From NCBI RefSeq assembly GCF_006345805.1, contig NC_043024.1, positions 5,456,001 through 5,520,000 of the forward strand: 64,000 bases of DNA, in the 5' to 3' direction. Shown here piece by piece: positions 25,864 to 40,600 of the stretch (positions within the stretch are counted from its first letter, which is position 1; each line of letters opens with the position of its first letter). The notes under the pieces are model-generated. The model did no database searches, was not told where the DNA came from, and worked only from the letters and a program-made list of their open reading frames with translations. The DNA is from Octopus sinensis. Lineage: Eukaryota. The position numbers and the translations under genes are program-made.

Positions 25864-26546
25864 TCTTGTGGGTCATTTCAGGATCTGGAATTCGAATCTG
25901 TGAATTCTATGGTTCTATCTGGGCTCTAGGTGCCTTTCAAATTTCTCTAAAAGTGTGTCTGGGTTATTGCAATACGATTCTGACATGTCCCAGCTATTGA
26001 ATAAGTCTATGCCTTTTTCTCCCGTCCATAAAAGGATATAGGTTACCTTTTCATCTTCAGTCGTGCCTTTCAGGAAACTTTTGAAAGCTAGTTGAGTTTT
26101 CTGTTTAAATTTCTTAAACGCTTCCGCGATATCATCGGAGTCCCAGTTCATGGTCGGATGTAGATTCATCTGTACGGTGACGGGGGTCGCAATTTTTGAT
26201 TCTCGTGTATGTGTGTCCGAAGACGAAGCGATGTTTTGTTTGTTAATTTCTGGTTCGTTGTGTTTCTGTTTTGTTGTAAAGGCACAGTTTCCGATTAATT
26301 ATTTACCGCTGCCACCATGTTATGTGTTGTATCCTTCTAATGGGATAGACAACTCAATACGAGCCATTGTTATTCTTTTACGTGTTTATTTACTTTTCAT
26401 GTTACACAAACTGGACTACATTCAGCGTAGTGATACATATATACTTTAGACATAGTTCGTACTGTTACTAACAAAATAGTGCCAAAAGTGCGGATGTATT
26501 CTACATACATATACCTGCGTATACACATAGATATGAATGTGTAACA
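25864..26546 (-). mobile_element. Gypsy 5' LTR (26318-26546), PBS and gag start, truncated
   Basis: Reverse complement of 15541-16225; MNWDSDDIAEAFKKFKQK. Confidence 0.9.
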
Positions 26547-26964
26547 CTGGTTTAAAGTTTGATCTTTCTTACCCATTTAGAAAACAATATTTGGAAGCTG
26601 TCGTTTTGTTCATGTAAAAAAAGTGGGGAGAAAAATCAAATTATTGTGATTTTGTACTTTTTACACAGAAATACATACGATTCTGCAAATAAATGACATA
26701 AAAAACTTTGTTCAATTAAAAACAAGTTACTTTTAACTATGCACTGTCCATCACCATTTCCTCCACCACAACCATCATCTCTCTCTCTCTCTCTCTACCT
26801 TAAATCTCACCATCAGAACATCACCACTCTGCTAAAATTATATTGCTAACATCTCCATATCATCAACTTCAACTAACGTTTTTAACGATGTAATAAATAT
26901 TATATGTTGCCCCTACCACATATCATGTACACTTCTCTCTGTCCCTCTTTCTATCTTATTCTAA

Positions 26965-27362
26965 TATATGGGTGCTTGAAACCCTCAGAAAAGAACTGCT
27001 GGGACCAGTATTCCATTTGGGATATGCTTTTGAAATGGAAAGAAAGCATGCCCTTCTTTGGAAACGAATTGTGACTGGAGATGAAAAATGGATTGCATGC
27101 TTAATGTTGTGCAAAACTGATCCTGTAGTTTGAAGAAATATCCCCCAAGCAACCAAAGATGAATATCCATGGCAACACACCTGTGCTTTGTGGGATCATA
27201 AAGGCATTGTTTATTATGACCTTCTCCCATAAAACCAGACCATTAATTCTGATGTGTTCTGTCGTCAACTGGCTAATTTGAACCAAAAAAATCAAAGAAC
27301 TGCGTCTGGAGATTATCAACAGAAAAGCATTAGTCTTCCAAGACAATGCCCGACCATTGTCA
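26965..27362 (+). mobile_element. mariner transposase remnant
   Basis: FWKRIVTGDEKWI and LVFQDNARP. Confidence 0.78.
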
Positions 27363-29223
27363 AAAAGAAAGGATTCACTCTATCTCCCTCATATTCCTTA
27401 TAGTCTTCATTGTTATCATTTTTATGTCGTATGTTTTTTAAACCAATATTCTTTCATCAGATGCATTCTTAATTGAATTCTTTTCTTTTTGCTTTGCATC
27501 TTGTACAGATTTAAGTCTTTAATTTTATAAATATATATTTATATAATCTTTTAGCTGTTTATCCATTATCCAAAAACAAATGGTCCCGGTCACTAGTCAT
27601 GGCCTCGGTGTCTAGTGAGGCAATGTATTGGGTTATTCCTGAAACCAAAACACTCTAAAGTGGAGCCTGTATTGTGTCTGCATCAAAAGATAGTCGCTCA
27701 TCTGCTATTCACTGAAAACTGAAGGAAATTGGAATACGGTAATTACTTAATACACTTTATGCACAATTTTATAGACACAGCACTCATAAAATAAATATTT
27801 GCTTATATTTTTCCAGTTTTCTCATAAATAGAAAAAAATTACATTTTAAAATTTACATGGGCATAATTTCTTATCTAAAACACGAGAAGTGTATACTAAA
27901 ATAAATACCTTATATGTAAAATATAGGGGTCAGAATTTAATGTAACTTTGCTTACTCAGAAAACCACATCAGTGGTAACTTGTAAGCCAAGGTGATGGGT
28001 CAGAGAGCCAATACACATTTCAATTTGTAGGTGTTGTAAAAAAAACTTTGTTCAAGTAAAAAAAACATTACTTTTCACTCTGTATTCACCATCACAACCA
28101 CCACCATCATCTGTCTCTCTCTACCTTTCTTTAATCTCTCCATCAGAACATCACCCACCTTCTAAAATTATATTACACGTACATTATTTTTGTGGGAGGT
28201 TTGGATAATATTTTTTGCAAGGTAATTACAAATCACATAAGGAGACCGGAGAAAAGTTTGATATTATTTATTCAGCATTACATGTGTTTCATTTCCTAAT
28301 AGGAATTACAAACTCTTATATGTGTAGAAAACATGTAAGATATTTCCTATAAGAAATTCTTCAGACATACATGTGTCTGTATGTGTGTGTACCCTTGTCC
28401 AGATATTATGTGATGTTCGTAAAGGGCCATCATGGCCGTCATACTTGTGCAGTTGTTCATTTCCAGTCTTCTGTGTAAAATGTGTCTCACCAGGGAAAAT
28501 ATTTCCTTGCTTGGAAACAGGTGAGGATTGGTCACAAGAAAGGGACCCAGATGTAGAAAATCGCCATCAATGAATTCCATCTGATTCACAGAAGCAAGAA
28601 TAGGAGAATGTTAAATGATGAGGATCATCATCATCGTGGTTCCTCTTCTGTATGAATGCATTTACATTTCAATAATTGATCCAGTTTCATAGATTGATTT
28701 AGCACAAATAGCTAAGGCTACAGTTATATCTTTCATATTAATAGGACTGTGTACAAACAATTCACCATTTTGAAAGAATGATTCAGGTTTAACATCACAG
28801 TGATATGTTTTCCTTCCTCTGTCAATGCTCTTTTGATTCAATAATGGATGATTTCATGTCAAAGATTTACCATAGATGTCACATTCATATAGTTTCTATA
28901 TTCTGTGGATGTCTTTATGAGATACGTCCTTTGTCCTTCTGAGGAAATGTTATACAACAAATATCACTGTGTTATGGACCCACTTCATAAGGAAAGACTC
29001 GTTTAAATCAGGAATGATTTTGTGTAAATGATTTGCCACAGATATCACTGTGAATTAATTTTTCTTGAGTGTGAATGCATTTGTGTATAGTTAAGTGACT
29101 GTTTCGAGAGAACATCTTACCATAGATATCACAGGGGTATGGTTCCTACCCTGTATGAATAGGGTTGTGGTGAGTTAAGCCACTGTTCTGAGAGAAAGAT
29201 TTACCACAGATATTACAAGGTTA

Positions 29224-30340
<1,117 letters not shown>

Positions 30341-32094
30341 CTCTTCAAGAAAAATATAATCAATCCTTCAAGTTCTACAGATCAACAACTTTTCAATAAT
30401 ATTTTTGCTCTCACCAAAATTTATGGATATTTTGCTTCTTTTGGCTTTTATAGTTTATTCCAAACAAATATCACTTCTCTTATATTTCTACTAAATGTGG
30501 TCAATGCCAATATTTAAAAATGTCGCAAATACTGTTTCGAAATCTATCAAAGTATATTTAAAAGAGAAAATTATCTCTTGCACATTTCAGAAGTAAAGAA
30601 ATGCCTCTCGCTCAGAGGAAATATTTTACTGTAATTCAGCAATGTTTTATAGAAGCAGGATTATATGTTTGTAGAATATCTTTGCAGAGTCTTTCAAACA
30701 TGAGACATATTGATGATTCTTTAAAAGTAAAAAATACTTTTTAGCCAACTTCATGTGATTTTCTGAAAGAATAGAAAAAATAATATAAGACATAAAGTAT
30801 GTTTAAAAGGCAGATATTCAAAAGTGCAAATTTACGACATTTCTGTTTTCATAAATTGTAGAAGCATAGAGTAGACACATCTATCATAATACCAACTCCT
30901 GGAATATAAAGTCTGTCATAGACACACTTCCACACACACACACACCAATATACATATAAATGACACTAGATTTCTGATGTTTTCATTGCAGTCTTGTATC
31001 TTTGTTTGCTAAAATAGATATCGCTCTTTCTCTACCTTCATCATCATCGTTTAACATCTGCTTTCCACGCTGGCATGGGTTGTGAGGTTTGACTGAGGAC
31101 TGGCAAGCCATGAGGCTGAACAAGGTTTCAATCTTATCAGGCAAGATTTCTACAGCTGGATGCTGTTTGAGCGTGTAGCGGTTACGTTTTATGTGCCATG
31201 GAGCCAGTCAGGTAGCATTGGCATCGACCATGCTTGAATGGTGCTTTGCATGTGCCACCGGCACGGGTGCAAGTCAGGCAGCACTAGCATCAATCATGCT
31301 TGAATGGTACTTTTTACATGCCACCTGCATGGGAGCCATATATACAAATACACACACACATATATATATATGTATATATATACGGTTAGCTCAACGTTAA
31401 TATTTAGGTGAGCATAAAAGATGAATAAATGTCAGTAAATAATATTGATGTCTCACTAACAGCATCAAAATCCTTAGTGGGGAAATTTTAACGTACGAAA
31501 AATTATTGGTTGATGTGGAGAATGAAAGCCAGATTCCTCCAAAGAGTTTGGCGCGTCCTGAAGAAGGCAACGTGATGTTGAAATGGCCGCTACGTTCACC
31601 TGAGCTGACACCTTGCCATTTCTTTCTCAGGGAGGGCCTAGTCTATATCTCTCCTCTTCCTGCTACAACCATACTGGTCATGAGATGTGCGAAAAATAAC
31701 AGCTAAATAGCTCATAAATCGCAGTTGATTCTTTTCTTTTTTTGGTTGCATGACCGAACGAATTCTCGTTCACAAAAATTTCTGAAAATTCCCCCAAATA
31801 AAAATATGTGACAAGGGATTATATTAGGTGCTTAAAGCAGCACTCCACACACACACACAAAATTAAATAAATTAGAAAAATATATTAATTCTAACTTTTA
31901 ATGATGCAGAAGAACCACCAGAAATAAAGACTTACTACGTCTCAAATAAGAGCCGTTTCATTTCCTCTCGATACGATATTTGCTTTTCGTTTCAGTATTT
32001 CAAGTGCACACTCGTATTTTTATACATTCCCCATTTCTTACTAATTGCATCGTAATTTTCCCACATTTAACGAAATTGTCGAATTTACAACAGT

Positions 32095-33360
32095 TCTTCA
32101 CTTTTTCCAGAATCTCTTCTCTTTATTATTTTTTTTTTTTTGCGAAATATGTACAAAAATACGGAGTTTATGATTCATGTGTGAGTGTGTGTTCTTGATA
32201 CTCGTTTAGAACAAGTAGTTTTACACCAATTACACTATTTTTTCTTAGTTTAAAGGCCGTGGACTGAAGATGTGAAATTTCCGAAGCCTCTCCCCCACCC
32301 CCCTTTCGCGAGCGCGCATTTTTTTCATGATAGTCGTTTAGAGCAAGTTGTTTTACACCTATTACGCTGTTTTTGTTTTTGTTTTTGTGCCCGGTTCAGA
32401 CGCTTTCGGAAATTCCCGATATAAATTTTCCGAGGCCTCTCCCCCACCCCTCTTTCGCGAGAGCGCATTTTTTTTTACACATATTACACTATTTTTTTTT
32501 TGTTTTGGTGCCCGGGTCAGCTCCTCAGACGCTTTCGGAACTTCCCGATGTGAATTTTCCGAGGCCTCTCCCCCACCCCCCTTTCGCGTGCGCGAATTTT
32601 TTTTTTTCATATTCGTTCATAGGAAGTTGTTTTACACCTATTACACACATTTTTTTTTTTATTTTCTGATAATCGTAACGCCCTATATTAACCAATTTCT
32701 GTAGTATTTCAAGATGTTTCTGACACGTATTTTGATTCACATGGCGGAGATCCAACATTTCTTCACTTTTTCCAGAATTTCTTCTCTTTATTATTTTTTT
32801 TGCGAAATACGGAGTTTATGATTCATGTGTGAGTGTGTGTTCTTGATACTCGTTTAGAACAAGTAGTTTTACACCAATTACACTATTTTTTCTTAGTTTA
32901 AAGGCCGTGGACTGAAGATGTGTAATTTCCGAAGCCTCTCCCCCACCCCCCTTTCGCGAGCGCGCATTTTTTTCGTGATAGTCGTTTAGAGCAAGTTGTT
33001 TTACACCTATTACGCTGTTTTTGTTTTTGTGCCCGGTTCAGACGCTTTCGGAAATTCCCGATATAAATATTCCGAGGCCTCTCCCCCACCCCTCTTTCGC
33101 GAGAGCGCATTTTTTTTTGTCATATTCGTTTAGAGCAAGTTGTTTTACACATATTACACTATTTTTTTTTTGTTTTGGTGCCCGGGTCAGCTCCTCAGAC
33201 GCTTTCGGAACTTCCCGATGTAAATTTTCCGAGGCCTCTCCCCCACCCCCCTTTCGCGTGCGCGAATTTTTTTTTTCATATTCGTTCATAGGAAGTTGTT
33301 TTACACCTATTACACACATTTTTTTTTTGATTTTCTGATATTTGTTACGCCCTATATTAA
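32095..33360. repeat. GC/CpG-rich compound repeat: about 660-bp dimer with about 120-bp subunits
   Basis: Six copies of ttccga.gcctctcccccacccc.ctttcgcg..cgc; 32098-32760 repeated from 32761. Confidence 0.9.
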
Positions 33361-34084
33361 CCGAAATGTCTAAAAGAAAACGACAACACAATGAAAGTAT
33401 TAAAATATCAGCCTTTCGTATAATTTTGTCTTAGTGAGATTTTTTTCCTTTTAACTTTCTCAACACATCGAAACAAATAAATGTACATAATACGACACAT
33501 ATATAATAGAAATGTTTAAATAAATACTTACATAGTAATAGATATGGAGAGAAAGAGTGAAGGAGGAAGATGTGAGAACTGGAGTCAGAGTGGACAACGA
33601 CAGCTTCAAGAGATTTCTAGATTTCTACAACAAACGTTATTAATATTTTTCAGGTCCACATAATCGTAAAGCTGTACCTGTTTGTTTAGACAGTTAATTA
33701 CCAATCAATAATTATATATTTGATTGGATTTTCTTAAATATCAGTTGTCAAGTGGAACTGATCAAACAATCAAGGTGCATGAGAAACAAGAACAAGAAAT
33801 ACAATTAATGAGGAAGAGTTTTGGCAATGAACAAAGGGAGTTAACTCCAGTCTTCAAAGAATTGCGGCTCTACTTTAATAGATTTGGTATTTTGTGAAAG
33901 AGATTTCTTCAATATTCGGCTTCGTCACTGTTATTGTTATTATCATCAACCCTTTTCCGATCTTTTCCGTTTTGCTGCTATGTGTGGAAATGTTCGAGTG
34001 TAGTGAAAATTTCAGTATTTCAGGAATCTTATAATTTTCCAGCTGAATTCCACGAGTTCGCTTTGATGCTGCTGTCTAAGATTC

Positions 34085-34400
34085 ATTGCACATGCGCAGA
34101 ATGGAGTTACTTCCGGTTGCGCACCGGAAGTCTTCCTTATGCACATGTGCGGGAAAGTGAACCCTAAAACGCGGTTCGCTCCCTCATCTTTTCTGGCTCT
34201 TGCAGCACCCGGTGATGGACGTGTATTGGCAGTCTCTCTGAGGACTTCTCACCAACCAAGCAGCGAACCCGACAAATCGTTCGACTAACAAACAAGAAAG
34301 CGAGCAACCAGTGCTGCAGATTCGGCTGTCGGTTTCCCGCCACAGAACACGTGCACCAGTTCTACATTACGACCAGAAATAAACAACGTTTTGCTGTGTT
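34085..34400. promoter_or_regulatory. CpG-rich promoter-like island (NRF1-like, inverted ETS pair, E2F-like)
   Basis: gcacatgcgca 34088-34098; ACTTCCGGT-tgcgc-ACCGGAAGT 34109-34131; gcgggaaa 34149-34156; lies between head-to-head ZNF units. Confidence 0.65.
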
Positions 34401-34964
34401 CGTAGATCGCCTGACTTTTCTGTTATTTTAGCTAAAATTGACTGTGACGGGATCAGATCGGACACCCCTCCAGTGATACCGAAACTGATCCTGTTGCAAT
34501 ATACATCCTTGTATGTTGGCATTATTACCCGGGAACGGAATCGAAAAAACAAAATAAATGGAACTGGTGTAAAAAAAAAAAGAGGGTAGGGAACGAATCT
34601 GAGAACAAAAAGGCCCGGAAAGCAACGGGGGTGGGGAGAGACCTTCGGAACATTCACAAGATCCGACGTTTTTTTCACATAACTTTAAAATGGGTTTTTA
34701 TAAATGAAATTTTATATAAATACCTTTCAGACGGTATAGATTAGGATTATAAAGAAATTTGTGGGAAAATCTTTTCCGAGGGGGTGTGGAGAGGACGTCG
34801 GATGATTCCCTCGTAACTTTGAGAAAAATATAATCCTTTTAATGTTATAAAGTAGGATTTTCGTCATGAACTTCGATGCTAAACATCCCTTTGAAGGGTT
34901 CAGGTCTTTACTTCTACCGAGTTTATATATATTATATATATGAAATACTTAGAAGTATTTTGTC

Positions 34965-35120
34965 TATCTTTACGTTTTCAGTTCAAATTCCGCCAAGGTC
35001 GATTTTGCCCTTCATCCTTTCGGGGTCGATAAGTTAAGTACAAGTTGTGTACTGGGGTCAATCTAATTGACTGACCCTTCCTCAAAAACTTCGAGCTTTG
35101 TGCCTGAGAGTTGAAAAGAA
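34965..35120 (+). mobile_element. Meta-domain-like SINE fragment
   Basis: gttcaaattccgcc B-box then gcccttcatcctttcggggtcgataagttaagtac. Confidence 0.65.
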
Positions 35121-35471
35121 TGTTGATACTTTACTAACTTTTCTCCATGTTTCATGCTTAACAAAATATTGATATTAAGCTGCCCGTATCTATGTATTTG
35201 TGTATTTACGAATGTACAGAATGAGGCAGAGGAGGAGTGATGTCTATGTTACCAAACAAAGCTGTGTTGATACGACACATGACTGAGGTGAAACCATCAG
35301 ATATCTAGTGTCATTGACATGTATATTGGTGTGTGTCTAGGACAGACGCAATGTCCAGGAGGTGTTATTACGATAGATATGTCTGTGATATAAACCTCTT
35401 GAAAATAGAGAGATGCGATAAATTTAATACTTCAAATAAAGAATTACTTCTACGATTTATGAAAACTTTTG

Positions 35472-35506
<35 letters not shown>

Positions 35507-35513
35507 TTATGTA

Positions 35514-35870
35514 TAGGAGTGGCTGTGTGGTAAGTAGCTTGCTAACCAACCACATCGTTCCGGGTTAAGTCTCACTGCGTGGCATCTTCGGCAAGTGTCT
35601 TCTGCTATAGCCCTGGGCCGACCAATACCTTATGAGTGGATTTGGTAGACGGAAACTGAAAGAAGCCTTTCGTATATATGTATGTGTGTTTGTCCCCTTA
35701 GCATTGCTTGACAACCGATGCTGGTGTGTTTACGTCCCCGTCACTTAGCGGTTCGGCAAAAAGAACGATAGAATAAGTACTGGGCTTACAAAGAATAAGT
35801 CCCGGTTCGATTTGCTCGACTAAAGGCGGTGCTCCAGCATGGCCGCAGTCAAATGACTGAAACAAGTATA
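35514..35870 (+). mobile_element. tRNA/CORE-like SINE
   Basis: Same family as 548-948. Confidence 0.9.
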
Positions 35871-36189
35871 AGAGAAAGGTAATAATGGCAATAATAATAA
35901 TTTATGAGACAAAATTATCAAAGAAACATCTTTCACAAAATCCCAAATCTATAAAGTAGAGCCGCAATTCTTTAAAGACGGGAGTTAGTTCCCTTGAACT
36001 TTCATCTGCGTTTTGAGAAATTTGCTGCCTTTTGTTGAGAGAGTTCGATCTTTTGCTCATCGTTGTTTGTGTTAGTTGTTGATTGAACAGTGCTCGTTGT
36101 GTAACGGTAGTTTTCGCCCTACGGGGCGGAAGGTTCTGTGTTTGAAGTTGTTGTTGCCTTCGAGGTGGTTTTTGAAGCATTTTTGAGAA

Positions 36190-37535
36190 ATGGATTTCGA
36201 CTTGGCGTCGAAGAGTGATTTTCCCGCGATGGGAACAGGTGAGTTGGGGGACACTGAAGTAACAAAACGGTCTTTTTCGGCCGCGGTGGGCGGAGCCATG
36301 ATGGACGTTGAATTCAGGATCGAGCAACTGTTCGAATTTGGGAACTTGGTGAAGGTGGTGGAGGAGGCGAAGTCGAATTTGTGCCGCCGCAGGCGAAGGT
36401 ACAAGAAGTGGAGGAAAGGACAGTTGTATACAAGGTGTATAGCTGCAAGGAGGGGAAAATTATGGACGTCAGAAGCGAGGTGGTCGAGGGGTGCTTGTCC
36501 CCGGTGTGGGACGGGATTCGCCGTGTCGTTCGAGGTGCTCGCAGCGCTGCCGTTGAAGCACATTTTGACTCGGCTGAGGTGGCAGGAGAGGTGTCATCTG
36601 TGACCCTGGAAAGTGATGATATCGTGTTGCTGCCCTCGTGTATGGGAGGAGGAACGGCTGAGCTGCTAGTGGAGGACGTACCGAGGGGGTGTGATATAAT
36701 GTGGGTGGCAGCGCGGCGGTGTGGAGCGGGAAGTTTCGATTCTGCAGATGGGAGGGAAGGAGGAGGTGCGCTGGAGGGGACGGACGCTAGAGCTCCTCGT
36801 TCAGGCGGAGAACAAGATATTGGAGAACCTGCCCGATAGGATATTTAACGAGGATGGAGCGTCCATGAGAGTGTCAGTGGGGGGACGCGGACCTGGGTGC
36901 TTTAAATGCGGCGAGAGGGGTCGCGTCCGCTCGAGCTGCTTAAAAAAAAAGAAAACCAACGAAGCCCCTCCTCAAAGTGCTTCAAACACTGAAGGGGAGA
37001 AGGCGGAAAAAGAAAACATGACGACGACAAGCAAAGAAACAGAAACGGAGGATTGTATCGAACAAATGGATTACACACAGGTGACACACAAAAGAAAAAA
37101 AAGATAACACCCTGGACTCCCCTCCCCAAACAAGGAAAAAATCAGCAAGCACCGCAGACATACACACAAAGCAAATTCCCCAGCCCTACCCCCATGGCAC
37201 TGTATTCATTGGGAAACAGTTCGCCAAGCCCCTCCCCATAAAACAAGATGTGAAAAAGTCTTTAAAAAAAATGATAAGATCATTGCGTTTGATGAAAAAA
37301 ACGAGAGGGTATATAAATACTTTAAAATTTCCAAATTTAAACTATTTAGCAAGGCTACAGACATAAAAGCAACCACTCGCTTCGCAAAAATAAAGGAAGA
37401 CGAGTGGAAGGAGGAAATACTACAAGAACATCTAAAGAATAGACTGATAAGAGACGTAACAAAGGAAGTACTGGAGGGTAAACTTGTTATAACCCGGCAA
37501 CCACACCTACCCAGAGCCCGGTGGCAACGCCGGTT
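36190..37535 (+). pseudogene. Tx1-like ORF1 (gag-like, degenerate CCHC knuckle), frameshifted
   Basis: MDFDLASKSDFPAM start; CFKCGERGRVRSSC; spread over several frames. Confidence 0.65.
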
Positions 37536-37646
37536 AAGAGCCCTGCAGCTACGACCACAAGGGAGGAAGAAGGGGAAGCGGGCAGATTTAAACTGTCATG
37601 CTCCCTTTCTCAACCGTAAGTTCATTTAATTTTTCTCTCACCGACA

Positions 37647-40600
37647 ATGGCTAAGCTGGGTTGTGTGAATGTACGTGGAATGGGGACGAAATGGAAACAA
37701 ATTTGTTTCCTGAACGACCTCACGACACATGGAGTGGACATAGCTATTGCAACCGAGTCCAAGATGAACGAGGCCCAAGCGTTCTCGCCTCTTCTAAATG
37801 GGTTCGAGAAATTATTTCTCCTAACCGAGGAGGAGGCAGAGGCGTGGCAGTCCTTATCAGGAAGAGCTTGGACTTGCAGGTAAGTACTGTCTTTCTGGAC
37901 CCAGAAGGCAGGCTGGTTGTTCTGGATGTGACCCACGTAAGTAAACAGTCCTTCAGGTTGGTAGCTGTCTACGCTCCGAATGAGTGTAGACAGACGGGTT
38001 TTTTTCGGAACCTGGAGCCCTTTTTAGCGACGTCGAAAACGGTAATCTTAGTAGGGGACTTTAACACTGTCCTTGAAGCGCGGGTCGACAGTGTTGGCTC
38101 AACCAATAGGAAGGGGAACCCTAGCCTCAAGGGTCTACTAGAGAGCTTTGATCTAGTGGACCGTTACCGACTGGATGACCCGAGCGTTCCACAGTGGACG
38201 TGGAGTAACAACGACGGCTCACACAGATCGTATTTAGATAGGATATTTATTAAGAAAAGAGATAAGGATACGTTTAGTTGTCCACAGTTTCACATTGTGC
38301 CTTACACGGATCGCAAATTTGTGACGTGTAGGATGCAATTAGACAAGTGTCATAGACAGGGACACGGGTACTGGAAGCTGAACAAGGCTATTTTGAATTG
38401 TGAAGACTTCCGTACCCGGATTAAGGTGTTAGTACAGAGGGCATTGTGTGGCACCATCATTAACAATAGATGGTGGCACTCCCTCAAAAGAGCCATTCGT
38501 TCAGAGTCCATTAGATTTAGCAATCAGCTAAGGTTAGATAGGTCTAGGATAGAGGACGATTTAGTTAAGAATCTAAACGAGGCAATGGAAGCTAGCTCTG
38601 CATCCGGAGTGATGGCGGCAAGGACGGTATTGTACCGTCACCTTAACTCCAAACACGAAGGTTGCAGAGTCAGAGCTAAGCTACGCGCTGGGAAACGAGA
38701 AGGTATTAACGTTGCCGGATGGGCCCGTCGAGTGGAGAGTCAGAGAGGTAACAAAGCCTCAATCAAGTCTTTAACTGACGAACAGGGACAAAAGATCTAT
38801 GGACAGGAGGAGATGCAAAAGTTTCTTCACCAGCATTTCACCCGCGTGTTCGGGGGTGGTGTGGCGCCGGAGCGGGGGAGGACCTTAAAGGACTTCCTAG
38901 CCGGCGGACCGCGGCTCTCGGGGCGTGAGGTGGAGTGCTGTGAAGAAGCGATCACTCCCGCGGAGATAGAGGGGATACTGGCCGGATGCGCCGGGGAGAA
39001 GTCGCCGGGGTTGGATGGTCTGCCCTACGAGTTTTACCAAAGTATGCCGGACTTGTTCGGGGGAATATTGGCAGGCGTCTACACGAACTGGCAGCAGAAT
39101 GGGAGAATTCCCAGTTCTGTAAGCCGGGGAGTGGTGACGCTAATCCACAAAAGACCCGATCAAAGGGGATAACATTAGTAACTACAGGCCCATAACTCTA
39201 CTTAATGTAGAGTTAAAGATTTTGGCCAAGGTGTTGGCAAAAAGGTTAACGGTTGTCGTGGAGAAACTTGTAGGGAGAGCACAGACATGTGCAATTCCAG
39301 GCAGGTCGATCCAGGACAATCTTCACCTTATACGCTACACCTTAGATAGGGTGGGTAAATTAACCGGCAAGGGCGGGGTAATGGTCCATTTAGACCAAAG
39401 TAAAGCGTTCGATAGGGTAGACCATGAGTACCTGGCGACGGTCCTCGAAGCGGCTGGACTGGGCCCTGAATTTCGCGGGTGGATCTCCGCTATGTATAGC
39501 GGCATCAAGTCCACCGTCCAGATAAACGGTTACCTAACGGAACCGTTTTCGATCGAATGTTCAGTTCGTCAAGGGTGCCCCTTGTCACCACTTTTGTACG
39601 TGTTGGCTCTTGAGCCATTGCTGCGCGAAAGTTGGAGAGGCTGGGAAGTAACTCGGATGAGATCGGAGGTGGGAGGACGGTTACTGCTTATGCGGATGAC
39701 GTCACCCTCATCGTGTCCAATGAGGCCCAGCTACCTTGTGTGGAAGAGGCTATCAGAGGATACGAGGCGGTGGCAGGAGCAAAGGTTAACAAGGACAAGT
39801 CGGTTGGCTTGCGCCTCGGCACCTGGAGGAGCAAGTCGATATTGTCCAGTGTCGTGGGACACTGGACGGATGGCCCTGTTAAGTTGCTAGGAGTTTGGTT
39901 TGGGCCAGACTCCCAAACGGAGAGGAACTGGAGTGAGGTGACGAGCAAGGTGGAGGCCATAGTACGGACCTGGTCCGGAAGGTTTCTGTCCTTGAAAGGA
40001 AGGGTGGAGGTGGTACAGATGTTCATTGCATCTGTAATCACTTACCGCCTGACCGTTGTCCCTTGCCCCGATTCATGGCTTAGCAAGTTGGAGCGAATCC
40101 TTTTCCGCTTTTTGTGGAAGGGAGGAAAGCCACTTGTGAGGCGCTCCGTTTGCTGCCAGGAACCGTTAAAGGGTGGGTTAGGAATGCCTTGGTTGATGAT
40201 GCGCAGACATGCGTTGAGGCTGAAGCATCTCTGGCACCACCTGGAGGGTGATAAGGTGTGGAGTCCGCTGGCAGGGGAATTTTTCCGAGACCGGCCTCCT
40301 TAGTGAATTTTAAACCCGGTCGCATCAAAAGATGGAAACTGACTTTATGGCAAAAGGAGTGCCGACAGGCACTCACGCTGATCCACAAGGCGGGCAAGGC
40401 CGGCTGCGGAAATACCACCTCGGTATTTTATAGAAGGCTGGTAGAGGCAAAGAACGACGACGTCCTAGGAGGGGCTCTGGGGTTTGACGAAGACCAGCTT
40501 ACCAACCTGTTTAAAAAGACTTTCAGGACGGGGTATTTGGATAATTTCCAAAGATCCCTCGCCTGGCAGTGCTATAGGAATGCTTTACCTGTTCGCGAGA

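Noticed and set aside
32348-33391. Overlapping ORFs in the GC-rich repeat
   Set aside because: Low-complexity translations of a tandem repeat with frame-breaking homopolymer variation
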